Positions 1 to 9,220 of a DNA stretch of 64,000 nt are shown one piece after another. A program made the position numbers and the translations under genes. Under the pieces are notes generated by a model. It was not told the origin of the DNA. It did not search any database and saw only the letters and a program-made list of their open reading frames with translations. The DNA is from Escherichia phage vB_EcoM_G9062. The DNA is taken from sequence record NC_054920.1; one strand, 5' to 3'. The stretch's first letter is position 1; each line of letters opens with the position of its first letter.

Positions 1-50
1 TTCCTTCAATTCAAATGAGATTTAATTTTATAACTAATTTAATAAAGCAA

Positions 51-440
51 TTAACGATTAAAATCAGCCGCAATTGTTTCCGCAACAATTTGAGCAGCAA
101 CAATTAGACGTTCATCTGCATTACCGCAATAATCATCTTCAAGACGTTCACCACATGAAGTCATAATAAATTTAGCACCGGCGTTTAGGGATTCTGTAGT
201 ATGTTTGCGCATTAGTTCAATCCATTTATTACTTACTTCACGATCGATAGCTTCATAATACGCATGACGAGCAGGTGCAGATTTAATTTTGTTCTGAATA
301 ACTTCCATTGCGTTATCAGAAAGAGACAAAACCCATGCTCGACGAATTTTATTTTGGTTTTGTGGATTTGATTCAGAACGCACGTGTTTTGGCTGAATAT
401 CTTTTACATCAACAGTATAATTCACAGTAATTTTAGTCAT
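51..440 (-). CDS. rpbA: RNA polymerase-binding protein RpbA-like (129 aa)
   Basis: 129-aa ORF just upstream of 45.2/46 in T4 order (45-rpbA-45.2-46); length matches T4 RpbA; sequence identity not verified. Confidence 0.4.
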
Positions 441-449
441 AATACACCT

Positions 450-638
450 TTAGTCATAATAATCAGTAACAGTCCAAGCTTCATTTCTATTGGACATTAT
501 TTTTGTATATTCTGCTTTAAATGCATTCCTAAGCATAGATTCAGTAACTATATGCTCTTCATTAGAAAAATTATTTCTCAGAATATATCGTTTTATTTCA
601 GGAATAGTTAATAGATGCTGTCCGGTTGAATATTCCAT
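450..638 (-). CDS. small hypothetical protein (62 aa), position and size of T4 45.2
   Basis: 62-aa ORF between rpbA-like ORF and gene 46; synteny only. Confidence 0.35.
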   Translation of the reverse strand: MEYSTGQHLLTIPEIKRYILRNNFSNEEHIVTESMLRNAFKAEYTKIMSNRNEAWTVTDYYD

Positions 639-693
639 GTTTTTCCTCCATAGAGATTATACTCTAATAAATTAAAGCATAATCTCTTATAAA

Positions 694-2376
694 TTAAACC
701 ATTACAGTAAATCGACCAACTTTCTTCATTTGAAGATGCTGACCGTATGCTTGCGGGTCATGGTCTCTATGTGAAATAACAAAAACGTTAGTATTTTTTA
801 AACTATCTAAAATAGTTGAAATAGCTTTTACACCTTCAACGTCGGTCGCTGAATCAAAAACTTCGTCAAGAATTAACGTGTTTATTTTAACACCTGAAAC
901 TTTTTCAGCAATATCACGCCAAGTAAATAAAAGAGCAATATCAATTCGTGCTTTTTCACCTTGACTGAATGAAGCATAACTAAAATCTTCGCGACCACGG
1001 GATTTAATTGTCTCATTAAATTCTTCATCTAATGTAAACACATAATCCGCTTCCATTATTTTAAGATAATGGTTAATCTGCTTATTAAATAATGGAATGT
1101 ACTTTTTAATAATAGCACCTTTAATACCAGAATCTTTGAGCATATCAGTCAAAATTCCTCGGTGGTATTTTTCCATTACTAAATTAGTTTTTGTCTTAAC
1201 AATTTTATCAAGTTCTTCTTGAAGCAGTGCTATTTCATCAGCATGGTCAATAAACTCAGAAGATGCTTTTTCTATAGCCGCTTTAACCTTTTTAGCTTTA
1301 TCTACTGCTGCGATCAGAGATTGCTTTTTATTGCGAATATCATTTGCTAACGACTGTTGGGTTTTAATATTATCTCGGTATTCATCAACAAGAACTTTTA
1401 AATTATCACGATGTGTTGAAAGCTGTTCAAACGAATGCGTACATTCAGAAACTTTATCTTTAATTTTAGAAACAACTTTATCACCGGAACTCAATTGTGA
1501 CAAACAGGTTGGACATAATCCACCTTCGTGATACATATTAATGACTTTATTATACGAGTCAATTTTTGATTTAATTAAAACTGCTTCTTGACCGATTTTA
1601 TTAAATGCATCAGTCGGGTCTTCATCTAAAACAATATTAACTAATCTTTCATTAGCTTCTTCTATTTCCGATTTTAGCGTTCTAGCTTCTTTTGCCAAAT
1701 CATCATACATATTTTGCAGACGAGTAAGATTGTCACCCGTTAATTTTTTCTGGCGTTCAACGTTATCATTATATATTTTAATTTGTTGGATAATACTATC
1801 TTTTTTAACGTCAAGCACTTGGTTTTGTGAATTTAATTCACGTATTAGTGCTTTATTAAGCTTATCCATTTCAGCTAATGTTCCTACCTCAAGCAGGTCT
1901 TCCACAAGCTTTCTTCGCGCAGGGGTCGACAAACCCATGAAAGGGGTATACCCTGCTGTACCAAGGACAACAATCTGCTTGAAACTGGCATATGACATTC
2001 CGATAAGCTGTTCAAATTCTGCTTGGAAATCTTTACTGCTGGCAGATTCATTAAGACGTGTACCGTTAACGGTGATTTCAAAAACGTTCGGTTTTTGTCC
2101 TCTTTTGATATAGTACTTTTTCTCATCATATTCCATCCACAGTTCAACTAAAAGTTCTTTCTTATTTGTGCTGTTTATTAATTGACCTTTCTTTACATCA
2201 CGAAATGGCTTGCCAAAAAGCCCAAATGTGATGGCTTCTAACATAGTAGACTTACCACCGCCATTTCGTCCAGTAATAAGAGTTTTTTGAACCTTATCTA
2301 ATTGAATGTCAATAGGATTTCCACCTACTGACATTATATTTTGATACCTAACTCGGTTTAGTTTAAAATTCTTCAC
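694..2376 (-). CDS. 46: recombination/repair exonuclease subunit gp46 (Rad50/SbcC-like ATPase)
   Basis: 560 aa as in T4 gp46; Walker A GRNGGGKST; long coiled-coil middle; followed by gene 47. Confidence 0.9.
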   Translation of the reverse strand: MKNFKLNRVRYQNIMSVGGNPIDIQLDKVQKTLITGRNGGGKSTMLEAITFGLFGKPFRDVKKGQLINSTNKKELLVELWMEYDEKKYYIKRGQKPNVFEITVNGTRLNESASSKDFQAEFEQLIGMSYASFKQIVVLGTAGYTPFMGLSTPARRKLVEDLLEVGTLAEMDKLNKALIRELNSQNQVLDVKKDSIIQQIKIYNDNVERQKKLTGDNLTRLQNMYDDLAKEARTLKSEIEEANERLVNIVLDEDPTDAFNKIGQEAVLIKSKIDSYNKVINMYHEGGLCPTCLSQLSSGDKVVSKIKDKVSECTHSFEQLSTHRDNLKVLVDEYRDNIKTQQSLANDIRNKKQSLIAAVDKAKKVKAAIEKASSEFIDHADEIALLQEELDKIVKTKTNLVMEKYHRGILTDMLKDSGIKGAIIKKYIPLFNKQINHYLKIMEADYVFTLDEEFNETIKSRGREDFSYASFSQGEKARIDIALLFTWRDIAEKVSGVKINTLILDEVFDSATDVEGVKAISTILDSLKNTNVFVISHRDHDPQAYGQHLQMKKVGRFTVMV

Positions 2377-2636
2377 AAAAGATTCCTTTTAATGTATCTT
2401 TTAGACCATTCTATCATATCATCATAATCTAAAAAGTATTCATCAAATTCAGCCATGCAAACAACGCCTTGTGCTGTTTTTGATGTAATATAAATTATTC
2501 CAACATATCTAGAATCTTCTTCGGTATAATCAATGTTTGCTATGAATTCATCATTAATGTCAAATGTCGAAAACTTCACAGTATGCATCCTTAATACAAG
2601 ATACGGCCATATCTCGTAATGATTTAGGTGTGTCAT
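2373..2636 (-). CDS. hypothetical protein (87 aa)
   Basis: ORF between genes 46 and 47; start uncertain (internal Met MHTVK possible). Confidence 0.3.
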   Translation of the reverse strand: MTHLNHYEIWPYLVLRMHTVKFSTFDINDEFIANIDYTEEDSRYVGIIYITSKTAQGVVCMAEFDEYFLDYDDMIEWSKRYIKRNLL

Positions 2637-2823
2637 TATCTAAAATGTTGAAGTTAAAAGATACAGCCCAGTCAGTGCAGACTGTAACCTTTTTAATACA
2701 ATTATCTTCAACCTCTAACGGTTCAAACCAATATTCAATAATTTCTTTATGCCCAATATCATCTTTTACTTCGCATTCAAAATGCTGACTCATCATAACA
2801 TTTTTAAATTCATCAAAAGTCAT
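2560..2823 (-). CDS. hypothetical protein (87 aa)
   Basis: ORF abutting gene 47 stop; overlaps the next ORF in another frame. Confidence 0.3.
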   Translation of the reverse strand: MTFDEFKNVMMSQHFECEVKDDIGHKEIIEYWFEPLEVEDNCIKKVTVCTDWAVSFNFNILDNDTPKSLRDMAVSCIKDAYCEVFDI

Positions 2824-3839
2824 TGTGTTGCCTCTACATATAGCTGATTTGCATATTGAATAAGTGCTTCACGGTCAGAATCAGTGATGTCTGGAATTGC
2901 ATTAATATACTCTTCCATTAATGTCTGAAGCGATTGGACTTCAACTTCTTCACTGTCATCTGACTCGACAGAGTTATCAATCTTTGACACAACTCGTAAT
3001 GAATGCACAACTTTCTCTAGTTCAGATTCAAACTTCGTCAGATTTTTGTCTACTTCAGTTACTATAACACGTACTGATAGATTTGTAAAATCTTTATAGT
3101 CAATTTTTCCTTTAAATGGATAATGAATTCTACGATGCCAGGTAGTATTGTTTGGAATAAATTCCATTCGTTCTGTTTCTGTATCAAACATCCAGAACCC
3201 GCGAGGGTCATTCTCGTCACCTGCAGTTAGTGTCCATGGTGTCCCAATATATCTGACGTTAGCAGCCTCAGAGATAGTATGGAAGTGACCAGACCACACT
3301 TCTTTATAAGTCTTAAGGAAATCAGGTTCAAGACCATGAGATTTCATTCCTTTATAAAAATAAAATCCATTCAGTTCCCAGTGACCAACACAAAAAGAAG
3401 CAGATGAAGTTTTGATGTGTTCAAGAATTTCACCAGTATTTTCTTCACACATCCAAGGAATTAAATCAATCAAACATCCGTCAAAATCTACTGTAGTAGG
3501 CTTATCATACACTTTAACATTATGATATTTAGCCAAAAGCTCAGTAGAAGCATTTGGATGCATTACATTTTTGTAGTGGAGATCGTGATTTCCTACAATA
3601 GTATGTAATGTGATTCCAGCGTCATCAAGCATTTGAACTATTTCACGGGCAAACTCCATAGTTTTATGTGTAATTGCTTTTCGCACATCAAAGATATCAC
3701 CATATTGAATCCATACAGTAATTCCATTTTTCTTAGAATATTCTATCGCTTGCTTAATTCCATCAATTTGAATACCGCGAATCCACTCATCATCAGCTTT
3801 AACGCCTAAATGCCAATCACCCAAGTTTAGTATTTTCAT
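2820..3839 (-). CDS. 47: recombination/repair nuclease subunit gp47 (Mre11/SbcD-like)
   Basis: 339 aa as T4 gp47; N-terminal phosphoesterase motifs (LGDWHLG, GNHD). Confidence 0.9.
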   Translation of the reverse strand: MKILNLGDWHLGVKADDEWIRGIQIDGIKQAIEYSKKNGITVWIQYGDIFDVRKAITHKTMEFAREIVQMLDDAGITLHTIVGNHDLHYKNVMHPNASTELLAKYHNVKVYDKPTTVDFDGCLIDLIPWMCEENTGEILEHIKTSSASFCVGHWELNGFYFYKGMKSHGLEPDFLKTYKEVWSGHFHTISEAANVRYIGTPWTLTAGDENDPRGFWMFDTETERMEFIPNNTTWHRRIHYPFKGKIDYKDFTNLSVRVIVTEVDKNLTKFESELEKVVHSLRVVSKIDNSVESDDSEEVEVQSLQTLMEEYINAIPDITDSDREALIQYANQLYVEATQ

Positions 3840-4440
3840 GGTGTCTTTTCCATCCTAATTTAGCTGCTTTTGAAACCAGTTCTTTAATTTTTCCTTTTGT
3901 CCATTCAGGACCAGGAGGTTCATGACATAACATTTGCTTAACTCCGTTATTATACCATTTTTTACCTTTATTATGTGATGAAGCTTTAAATTTATTTGAC
4001 CTTCCTTTTACATAACCTTCTGGAATATAAGGCAAAAAGGCAGATTTTCCTGTTAATGGATCATGTGAATGTATATTTCCTTTACAATTATGAGAACCAT
4101 ATAATGGATGATTTTGTCCTTTATTATCTCTTCCAAATGAACCTTTTGGAGCAGCATATGACATATTAAAGAATAATGGATTTTTAACTGCATCATGCAA
4201 TCGTTGATAATATAACTCGCATTTAATAGCTTCTTCACGCGTATCAAATTCAGCTAAAATGCATGAATCAAATAAGTGAGGATTATCTGAAAGCTCTTTA
4301 TTATAAATTTTCTTATACTTTTTAGATAAAACTGAGCCATGATATCCAGCTAAATGCCTATCTAAAGACGTAGATCCAATATAAAAAGGAGGAAGTTTAT
4401 CTCCGCTATATATTGTTAAATAAGTTATATATTTTTTCAT
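3817..4440 (-). CDS. putative GIY-YIG family endonuclease-like protein (207 aa)
   Basis: N-terminus YITYLTIYSG...FYIGSTS...R..H resembles the GIY-YIG motif; basic His/Lys-rich C-terminus; sits in an intergenic slot between conserved genes 47 and agt. Confidence 0.45.
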   Translation of the reverse strand: MKKYITYLTIYSGDKLPPFYIGSTSLDRHLAGYHGSVLSKKYKKIYNKELSDNPHLFDSCILAEFDTREEAIKCELYYQRLHDAVKNPLFFNMSYAAPKGSFGRDNKGQNHPLYGSHNCKGNIHSHDPLTGKSAFLPYIPEGYVKGRSNKFKASSHNKGKKWYNNGVKQMLCHEPPGPEWTKGKIKELVSKAAKLGWKRHHENTKLG

Positions 4441-4575
4441 ATATCAAGAACCGTCATTGAAATGCAAAATAAAATTATTGAAATAAACCCATCTGGTGTG
4501 CTAAAGAACCCAATCCAACATGCTCTAGTGAATAGATAAAATGCGAGAAAAAGTATCACATATCCAAGAAATATC

Positions 4576-4600
4576 ATTATATCAAACTCCGTATAAAGCT
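4576..4600 (-). promoter_or_regulatory. possible middle/sigma70-type promoter (minus strand AGCTTTA ... TGATATAAT)
   Basis: minus-strand TATAAT with upstream TG and a MotA-box-like GCTTTA about 12 nt upstream, in the 176-bp gap before the GIY-YIG-like ORF. Confidence 0.25.
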
Positions 4601-4616
4601 AAAGGGCCGAAGCCCT
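4601..4616 (-). terminator. UUCG-tetraloop hairpin immediately after agt stop
   Basis: minus-strand AAGGGC-UUCG-GCCCUU directly following the TAA stop; weak U tract. Confidence 0.4.
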
Positions 4617-5819
4617 TTATTTTGTAATAATGTCAAACTGTTCTTTAAAGCAGAAGCTTGAATCTTGATGTTGATACAAAAATTCATATGCTTTTTCTCG
4701 CTCACGGTCATAAAGAGCTCGGTCAGATGACAGTTCTTTAATACGTTCAAACGTTGATTCCATATCATTTTCATCAAACCAAATGATACCGCTATCATGC
4801 GAGGTCAAAGGAGTATTATCAACACGGAATTTTAAATTTTCGCCAGTAGATTTCCAAAATACCGGAATTGTTCCACATGCACCAAGCTCGAGATGAGTAT
4901 ATTCTAAAGAACGTTGTAGATATTTTTTGTCCAACTTACTCAGCTGATAACCAAAACCGGATTTACTCATGCGTTCAAGCATTTCGCTATTTACATAACG
5001 GTCAAGAATTTGCGTTGGCAAATTAGGAGCAATTTTAATTTGGTCTACTTGATGAAGACGATAATACTCGTATGGAATTCCCTTTTCTTTAATAGGAATG
5101 AACGCTGGAGAACGTTCCAGACCTTCCATAATAGTACTTAGTCCTGCAGGTTTAAGATGTTTTTCATGAAAATCAAACATCTGATAAAAACCTTTCCATG
5201 TAGTCGTACGACCAATCCAACGGTTGATATTCATGTTAATTTCAGAAACATCTTTCCAGTAGGTTGACCGAACCTTCGCAATATCCATAGGAGGCTGAAA
5301 GTTATATACTGTCGGTGCTTCTTCAATATCATCAAACAGAGAAACAGTTTCTGGATACCATTCTTTCATCAGAACTTTATTAAAATCACCATTATCAGAA
5401 TGACTAAAAATAACATCAGCTCGACGAACAGTTTCTTCTAATCCCAAATTTCGACGCAAAGAAAGAGAAGAATGGTCATGTTGATAAACTACAACACGAA
5501 CAGAAGGTTTAATGTTATCAATAATTTTTTTATAGTTATTAATAGTGTCTTCTTCAACCGAAGTAGCAGGAACTGAATTGATAATTAGAATATCACAATC
5601 ATTTACTAGCTTAAGTGTTTTATCATATTCTTTTGCCAATAAAACCGGAATTGAAAATGATTTATAATCATGCGCGCAATTACGAGTAAATGATTTATCT
5701 TTAGCATAAACCAAAGTTACTTCATGACCATTTTTAATAAACCAATCACGTTGCTCGAGTGAGAATTTTGTTACACCACAACCTTCAAGACCTCGAGCCA
5801 TAAAAATACATACTTTCAT
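4617..5819 (-). CDS. agt: DNA alpha-glucosyltransferase
   Basis: 400 aa; N-terminus CIFMARGLEGCGVTKFSLEQRDWFIKNGHEVTLVYAKDKSF matches my recollection of T4 AGT. Confidence 0.85.
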   Translation of the reverse strand: MKVCIFMARGLEGCGVTKFSLEQRDWFIKNGHEVTLVYAKDKSFTRNCAHDYKSFSIPVLLAKEYDKTLKLVNDCDILIINSVPATSVEEDTINNYKKIIDNIKPSVRVVVYQHDHSSLSLRRNLGLEETVRRADVIFSHSDNGDFNKVLMKEWYPETVSLFDDIEEAPTVYNFQPPMDIAKVRSTYWKDVSEINMNINRWIGRTTTWKGFYQMFDFHEKHLKPAGLSTIMEGLERSPAFIPIKEKGIPYEYYRLHQVDQIKIAPNLPTQILDRYVNSEMLERMSKSGFGYQLSKLDKKYLQRSLEYTHLELGACGTIPVFWKSTGENLKFRVDNTPLTSHDSGIIWFDENDMESTFERIKELSSDRALYDREREKAYEFLYQHQDSSFCFKEQFDIITK

Positions 5820-5885
5820 TTAATATCCTCTTTGTTTTGGTTTATTTTACCAAAAATTTATAAAGCAATATAGGAGCCGAAGCTC

Positions 5886-6077
5886 CTATCCACATAATAC
5901 GCCATACAGAGGCTCGTTAGAACTTTTAAATTTTATGCGCTTATATTTTATAGTTCCTTCTGCTTTAGCTTTATCATGAGACTCTTTAAAGCGTCTCATC
6001 ATTTCCTCTTGAGAGGAACGAATTTTATTATAATCTATTTCAGAAGTCTGGTGTTCATCTTTCATAACTGCCACCAT
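5886..6077 (-). CDS. hypothetical protein (63 aa)
   Basis: small ORF in compact minus-strand array; stop overlaps a UUCG hairpin (5870-5889). Confidence 0.3.
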   Translation of the reverse strand: MVAVMKDEHQTSEIDYNKIRSSQEEMMRRFKESHDKAKAEGTIKYKRIKFKSSNEPLYGVLCG

Positions 6078-6268
6078 TTTTTGACTTGATAAGAATCAAC
6101 CCACACTTTCATATTGGGGTCTGCTCTTACAATAGGAGGATTAACTTCTTTAATTGAACTATCATGGTATTCTTTTTCAGAAATTTTCACACAAAGATGA
6201 CCATTCAAAGATTCAGTAAATCCTGCATTAATTTTAAGACGCTTGAATTTTACGTGTGTAAGCATCAA
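6062..6268 (-). CDS. hypothetical protein (68 aa)
   Basis: small ORF, compact spacing. Confidence 0.3.
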   Translation of the reverse strand: MMLTHVKFKRLKINAGFTESLNGHLCVKISEKEYHDSSIKEVNPPIVRADPNMKVWVDSYQVKKWWQL

Positions 6269-6551
6269 TCATATCCTCAATCTGCGATCTAGTAGTCTTC
6301 CAAAGAATACTGATGAGTTCATCGTTATATGGCTGTTTCAGAATATCCCGACTTTTCTTGATAGCATATTCGTATTGAGCAAAATTATTGTTTTCAGCTG
6401 CGATCTGAGCGTGCTTATAAAGACGATTCAGTTCGCGTTTGTTTTTAGACAATAACTTATTTGCTTTTCTTTCTGCTTCAAGACGGTTCTTTTCTTCAAT
6501 AGAAGAAATAAGCTTTTCCACTTCATCATTAATTTCGAGTTTATCAGTCAT
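6234..6551 (-). CDS. hypothetical protein (105 aa)
   Basis: ORF with charged coiled-coil-like composition; no motif recognised. Confidence 0.35.
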   Translation of the reverse strand: MTDKLEINDEVEKLISSIEEKNRLEAERKANKLLSKNKRELNRLYKHAQIAAENNNFAQYEYAIKKSRDILKQPYNDELISILWKTTRSQIEDMIDAYTRKIQAS

Positions 6552-6552
6552 A

Positions 6553-6771
6553 TTATTTCTCTAATATAAAATAAAAATCATCATCTGTTAAATGATACCT
6601 GTAATTTAATTTTACACCATTAGATTTAAAAGCGGTATCATACGGATTTTCTGGATCAATATCAATGTCAAGAGCTAAAACTTCCCTGAGATACATTTTA
6701 AGTAAATAGGGAATAGCTTCAACTTCAGGTATTTCTTCCAAGAATCCGGAGAGGTTAATCGTTAGCCTCAT
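6553..6771 (-). CDS. hypothetical protein (72 aa)
   Basis: small ORF immediately downstream of gene 55. Confidence 0.35.
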
Positions 6772-7312
6772 ATAAAAAATCCAAACTAGGAGAATCGTCT
6801 ACAACACTTTTCTTTTCAGCCCCCGGTGTTCTATAGGTTGATTCTTCGTAATGCGTCATTTTATCGTAGATGTCTTGAATAAAAGTTTCATCTACTAACG
6901 CAACCATATCGTCGTCACGGCTGTCATAGACATTGTGAACGAAGTAACTATATTTCTTTGCAACTTCCTTACGTTCTTTTTTAATACGTTGGACGAATGC
7001 ATTAAAACAAGCTTGAGTTATATACGCATGTGGGTTTTTATATTTCGTTTCATCAAAATTATGAAGCCCCTTAATAGAAGCTTCTATACCATCTGCAATC
7101 ATTTCTTGTTTCCAAGACTGGGTGTATCCTGAAAAGTTGAAACGTTTAGATAAGCCTTCTGCAATAAGCATAATGGCTAATCCGATAGTATCGTTCTGAC
7201 GAACTACTTTATTTGGGTCTTTATTATTTGCTAATTCTGTTTTCCAATCAATAATAGCTTGTAAAAGCTCTTTATTGTTTACGTAATTATATTTAGGCTT
7301 AGTTTCTGACAT
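6755..7312 (-). CDS. 55: late-transcription sigma factor gp55
   Basis: starts [23 protein letters not shown]; 185 aa from that Met, as T4 gp55; ORF track has a 2-codon upstream extension. Confidence 0.85.
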
Positions 7313-7390
7313 TTTCACCTCTTAGCTCAATTCATAGATCTATTATATCATAATATTTGAAGATCTATCTTAAAGCATAGAGGATATCAG

Positions 7391-7660
7391 TTATCTAAGT
7401 AAACAGTATGCTTGGAACACTTTTTCCATCATCTTTTTAAATTCATGAATATCTATGTAATGACTAGTTAAATCAGCATGATATAAAAAGTCTAAAAACT
7501 TTTCATGTGTACTAACATATTCACTTTCATTTAATTCAGAAACATGGCTTTCCCAATATCCAACACCAGTCTTATTTGGGAAAAATGAAATTTTCATGTA
7601 TTTGTCAACATAGAAAATGCCATAATTTTCAATAGTAATAGAAATATTAATAAATTTCAT
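7391..7660 (-). CDS. hypothetical protein (89 aa)
   Basis: ORF in minus-strand array. Confidence 0.35.
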   Translation of the reverse strand: MKFINISITIENYGIFYVDKYMKISFFPNKTGVGYWESHVSELNESEYVSTHEKFLDFLYHADLTSHYIDIHEFKKMMEKVFQAYCLLR

Positions 7661-7872
7661 ACATTCATCAACTTAGCCGCTTCAAGAGCTGCATCTAGTG
7701 AATCAAATTGATCAACATATTCAATCAATTCGCCGTAATTAGCATATAACCACCATTGGCTAAATTCATACTCAAGGATGAATCCGTTTCCTTCAATTTG
7801 AGTTAAACCAATGCCATTTGTATTTACTTCATACCCAGCAAGACGTAAATCGTTAATAAGAGCTTCGTTCAT
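7657..7872 (-). CDS. hypothetical protein (71 aa)
   Basis: ORF, stop overlaps downstream start. Confidence 0.35.
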   Translation of the reverse strand: MNEALINDLRLAGYEVNTNGIGLTQIEGNGFILEYEFSQWWLYANYGELIEYVDQFDSLDAALEAAKLMNV

Positions 7873-7874
7873 AA

Positions 7875-8201
7875 TTATACCTTAGTAATTTTCAGGTCTG
7901 CAAATTTTTTCTTGCGTTGATTTTTCATGCGACGAATAGTTTTATCGGAAATTTCATGCTTTTGATAAGCTTTAGATTCTACACCAAAAGCTTTAACATC
8001 AAATTCTGACAAGATATATTGAACCAACAATTCACGGACAGTATTGCGTCCAATCTTCTGATCATTCTGTTTCATCGTCTGATGAAGCTCTTTTTCCCAT
8101 TTATCCAAAATTTGAGGAGTTACAATATCGCCTTTTTCTAGCAAAGAAACTACTTTATCATATGCGTAAGAATTAATGACGTTTTTAATTTGAATAGTCA
8201 T
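7875..8201 (-). CDS. hypothetical protein (108 aa)
   Basis: ORF; no motif recognised. Confidence 0.4.
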   Translation of the reverse strand: MTIQIKNVINSYAYDKVVSLLEKGDIVTPQILDKWEKELHQTMKQNDQKIGRNTVRELLVQYILSEFDVKAFGVESKAYQKHEISDKTIRRMKNQRKKKFADLKITKV

Positions 8202-8232
8202 ACATTATCCTCAATTACGTTAAAATTTTATT

Positions 8233-8254
8233 ATCCAAAAAGGGCCGAAGCCCT
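8233..8254 (-). terminator. intrinsic terminator (GGGC-UUCG-GCCC + U tract)
   Basis: minus-strand hairpin with UUCG tetraloop followed by UUUUUGG, at the stop of ORF 8254..8454. Confidence 0.5.
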
Positions 8255-8454
8255 TAGCTAAACTTTTTGGCACCCTTCCAGCCTTCGTACATCATTGCGA
8301 CTGACAATGACAAAGCTCCTTCACATGCTGCATACTTATTATTCCAGAACCAATTTAGAAAAACTTCATCCTCAATACCATTGTGTTTCATGTTCTGGAA
8401 AAATTTGGCGCGTTCTTCAGCAATTCGCTGCGATAATTTAGATTCAGGATTCAT
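8254..8454 (-). CDS. hypothetical protein (66 aa)
   Basis: small ORF ending at a terminator hairpin. Confidence 0.35.
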   Translation of the reverse strand: MNPESKLSQRIAEERAKFFQNMKHNGIEDEVFLNWFWNNKYAACEGALSLSVAMMYEGWKGAKKFS

Positions 8455-8670
8455 TTAAATTTCCCAATTACCATTTTCATCAATAAATTTAATCCAGTCA
8501 TTTACTGACCACTTAGTTGTATCGCCTTTTGGAGTAGCATTTAAAGTATATAGCCCTTGCTTAAAAAGCATTCGTTTGATATTCATATTTTCCTCAGCTG
8601 TAACGATAGCACTCGTTTGATTTACGTTTAGCAACTCGTTGAGAAATATTATAATCAAAATCATCGTCAA
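8455..8670 (-). CDS. hypothetical protein (71 aa)
   Basis: small ORF. Confidence 0.3.
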   Translation of the reverse strand: MTMILIIIFLNELLNVNQTSAIVTAEENMNIKRMLFKQGLYTLNATPKGDTTKWSVNDWIKFIDENGNWEI

Positions 8671-8932
8671 TGTAAACTGATTTTTTCAACTTTCTTACTT
8701 CACCACGTAATTGACGATTCAATTCATTCTTAACCTCTGAATCAACACCTCGCATACGTCGCCATTTATCTGAGCGAAAAATGTTTTCAACCATATCTTT
8801 ATGACTTACACCGTCTGGAGCTTTACGCTTTCCAAAATAGTCATAATCACGCACTTTTAAGTCTTTACGACGATACGTTTTACCCATGGAGTTTAATTTC
8901 CTTAGCAACTGAACTAAATACAGCACGGTCAC
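8594..8932 (-). CDS. hypothetical basic protein (112 aa)
   Basis: ORF rich in Arg/Lys; overlaps neighbour by 77 nt so start or neighbour is uncertain. Confidence 0.3.
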   Translation of the reverse strand: MTVLYLVQLLRKLNSMGKTYRRKDLKVRDYDYFGKRKAPDGVSHKDMVENIFRSDKWRRMRGVDSEVKNELNRQLRGEVRKLKKSVYIDDDFDYNISQRVAKRKSNECYRYS

Positions 8933-9062
8933 AAATCATGTGTTTATGTAACTTAAGTATAATATAGCAAACTTCAAAACTATTTACATGAGTAACACGA
9001 ACAGCATTACCATTAATGAGATAATACTGTCCCTTTTTAATTTCTTTATCAACCACAACCAT
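8880..9062 (-). CDS. hypothetical protein (60 aa)
   Basis: small ORF directly downstream of a PeSL-like early promoter, with GAGGA RBS. Confidence 0.3.
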   Translation of the reverse strand: MVVVDKEIKKGQYYLINGNAVRVTHVNSFEVCYIILKLHKHMICDRAVFSSVAKEIKLHG

Positions 9063-9092
9063 ATCAATTCCTCAAAGGTAATTCATGTGTTA

Positions 9093-9122
9093 ATAATACC
9101 ATGGTTTGAACTTGTTGTAAAC
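9093..9122 (-). promoter_or_regulatory. T4-type early promoter (minus strand -35 GTTTACA, 17-nt spacer, -10 TATTAT)
   Basis: plus strand shows tgtaaac at 9116-9122 and ataata at 9093-9098; A/T-rich upstream region; member of the repeated promoter cassette. Confidence 0.5.
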
Positions 9123-9193
9123 AACTTTGTGAAAATTATTTTAGGGAATGATAAGAAGGGAACGATAGCTTAGAATGGTAATATACAGAATGC

Positions 9194-9217
9194 GAGAAAG
9201 AAAGGCCCAGAGGGCCC
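9194..9217 (-). terminator. intrinsic terminator after nrdH
   Basis: minus-strand GGCCC-UCU-GGGCC hairpin followed by UUUCUUUCUC, 3 nt after the nrdH stop. Confidence 0.5.
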
Positions 9218-9220
9218 GTC

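Noticed and set aside
384-675. Plus-strand ORFs 384..611 and 490..675 in the first kilobase
   Set aside because: They lie antisense to the compact minus-strand genes rpbA-like and 45.2-like, are low-complexity and have no RBS; treated as shadow ORFs.
1331-2147. ORFs 1331..1531, 1730..2113 (plus) and 1884..2147 (minus) inside gene 46
   Set aside because: They sit entirely within the gene 46 coding region on the opposite strand or in an alternative frame; gp46 is the supported gene.
4577-4798. ORF 4577..4798 (minus) overlapping the agt 3' end
   Set aside because: Alternative frame inside the well-supported agt gene, running through the terminator hairpin.
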